15,628 bases of DNA from Candidatus Thorarchaeota archaeon (lineage in GTDB: Archaea > Asgardarchaeota > Thorarchaeia > Thorarchaeales > Thorarchaeaceae): NCBI GenBank assembly GCA_048882385.1, contig JBHLRQ010000078.1, positions 1 through 15,628 of the forward strand, given 5' to 3'. The first letter of the stretch is position 1. Each line of letters starts with the position of its first letter. The notes below the pieces were generated by a model that worked only from the letters and a program-made list of their open reading frames with translations, was not told the DNA's origin and did no database searches. Both the position numbers and the translations under genes were made by a program. Of this stretch, positions 14,022-15,628 are shown piece after piece.

Positions 14022-15628
14022 ATGCGGCGAAGGACTTTCACCTCTATCATCTTCTCAGTGATACTCATAGTACTTCCGTTCATAATTGTATCAATTTCAA
14101 TCCCTTCATCAAGTACAATTGTTACTCAAGATCCAATACCTCCCTGGGTTCGCACAAATGGACCTTATGGTGGACTCATGAACTGCATCGAGATTGATCC
14201 GACCAATTCAGATACTCTTTATGCAGTTGGAGCAGGAAGTGATATCTTCAGGTCGACTAATGCTGGTACTACTTGGACTTTAGTCGGTTCTCTCCCAACA
14301 TCAGTTCCCCAGATTACTGATTTAGTTCTCTCTCAAACAAATTCCCAAATAATGTATTTACAGACGATAGGGAATCAAGAACTTCGTGCTGATATATACC
14401 GAAGTTCTAATGGTGGCGTCGATTGGACACGAATCAACGATGAAATGCAGGTCTTTCATATTGCACTACATCCAACTAATCCTTCATTGTTGGTTGCAGT
14501 GATGTGGAATGCATTTGTATACTTTACAAATGATGCAGGTTCAACCTGGGTAAATGTATCTGGCAATCTTCCTCGAGAAAAGTATACAGATATTGCAATT
14601 AGTGGTGATGACGAATTTTGGGTTGGGGTTGGTGAACCACTAAAGGATGATAATGGAACCCTCTATCACACAATTGATGGAGGTGTGAACTGGGAAAAAG
14701 AAGACCTTAACCAAGCTCCTGGGACATTCATAAACACAATAATGGTTCATCCCAACAATTCAAGCAAAGTGTATGTAAGTTTGACAAATACGCCCGATGA
14801 GCCTATAGATCCTCATACAAGCTACCTCTCAATGACTGAGGATGGTGGAATTAACTGGAAGCAATTGAATACAACAGCAACCCTTCGATTACTCTCAATT
14901 GTACCCTCATCAGGCAATGATACAGTATATGCATCATATGGACCTATAGTTTACAGGACCAGCGATTATGGAATTAATTGGGATGATATCACTATCTATA
15001 CTAATATTTCAACAACAATGACAAGTGACATCAACGATTTAGAAGTAGATCCTAACAATAGCGACATAATCTATATTCCTAGACGAACTTATGGGATTTA
15101 CAAAAGTACTGATGGTGGTGATAATTGGACCACTCTCACTAATGGACTCAACAATACAAATGCATGTCTTGTTGTTACATCTTTGGTTGAGGAAAGTGAA
15201 ACTGTCTATGTTTCAGCAGTCGAAGGAACTGGCACCTTTCGAACTGATAACGCAGGGGACAGTTGGCATTATTTGGATGATGGAGGGATATGGCACCCCT
15301 TCACCGATGAATTGCGTATCAGTCCACATGATCCTAACACAGTATGGCAAATTGCAGATATTGGTGTAATCTTTATCACTGATGATAGTGGAATGAATTG
15401 GGATTCTAAATATCATCCCCAGCATGGCTATGGATTTCGTTATTCATCAGTCACAACTATCGAATCATCTCCTTCTGATCCTGATATTCTATATGCAGTT
15501 AAAGCAGGTTGGGGATTATTCGCGAGTGAGGATGGTGGATATACTTGGGATTTTCTTGCTCCTTCTGAAGTTGATTACTCCTATACAATTGCAGTTGATC
15601 CTACAAATGAAAGTATAGTCTATAGTGG
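14022..15628 (+). CDS. Secreted or surface Asp-box (BNR) beta-propeller protein (VPS10/GH74/YCF48-like), 3'-truncated by the window edge
   Basis: Manual translation gives 535 codons with no stop, starting MRRRTFTSIIFSVILIVLPFIIVSISIP (signal peptide or anchor), then WVRTNGPYGG, and containing ten Asp-boxes. It is absent from the ORF track because its stop lies outside the window. Confidence 0.92.
   Translation, partial: MRRRTFTSIIFSVILIVLPFIIVSISIPSSSTIVTQDPIPPWVRTNGPYGGLMNCIEIDPTNSDTLYAVGAGSDIFRSTNAGTTWTLVGSLPTSVPQITDLVLSQTNSQIMYLQTIGNQELRADIYRSSNGGVDWTRINDEMQVFHIALHPTNPSLLVAVMWNAFVYFTNDAGSTWVNVSGNLPREKYTDIAISGDDEFWVGVGEPLKDDNGTLYHTIDGGVNWEKEDLNQAPGTFINTIMVHPNNSSKVYVSLTNTPDEPIDPHTSYLSMTEDGGINWKQLNTTATLRLLSIVPSSGNDTVYASYGPIVYRTSDYGINWDDITIYTNISTTMTSDINDLEVDPNNSDIIYIPRRTYGIYKSTDGGDNWTTLTNGLNNTNACLVVTSLVEESETVYVSAVEGTGTFRTDNAGDSWHYLDDGGIWHPFTDELRISPHDPNTVWQIADIGVIFITDDSGMNWDSKYHPQHGYGFRYSSVTTIESSPSDPDILYAVKAGWGLFASEDGGYTWDFLAPSEVDYSYTIAVDPTNESIVYS
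14250..15548 (+). repeat. Ten protein-level Asp-box repeats
   Basis: RSTNAGTTW, RSSNGGVDW, FTNDAGSTW, HTIDGGVNW, MTEDGGINW, RTSDYGINW, KSTDGGDNW, RTDNAGDSW, ITDDSGMNW and ASEDGGYTW, spaced roughly 40-55 aa apart. Confidence 0.9.

Noticed and set aside
15091-15618. Track ORFs 15091-15369, 15213-15425 and 15424-15618
   Set aside because: They are out-of-frame or antisense shadows of the long Asp-box gene starting at 14022.
1-15628. tRNA/rRNA genes, CRISPR arrays, IS elements, integrases, stop-codon recoding
   Set aside because: Intergenic gaps are all under ~115 nt with no cloverleaf or repeat-spacer pattern. I saw no transposase or recombinase motifs, and no gene appears interrupted by an in-frame stop.

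Overview
Gene-dense archaeal chromosomal window, most likely Asgard archaea. This is inferred from TATA/BRE-like promoters, GGTG/GAGG ribosome-binding sites, an archaea-specific Ski2-like helicase and an OST5/TMEM258-like gene. In order it encodes: the 3' end of a HAD-IIA hydrolase; a stand-alone B3/4-domain protein; a HerA/FtsK-superfamily ATPase with a long charged helix and a possible winged-helix tail; a 6-TM protein; a two-TM protein with three Zn fingers; an MFS transporter divergent from a small alpha/beta protein plus a DASS/SLC13 transporter; a 256-aa hypothetical protein; a 66-aa OST5/TMEM258-like protein; two translationally coupled hypothetical proteins; an ASH-Ski2 (COG1202)-type helicase; and a secreted Asp-box beta-propeller protein that the ORF track missed and that runs off the right end. 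I saw no RNA genes, CRISPR arrays or mobile elements. All family calls come from motif recognition by eye; no database search was run.
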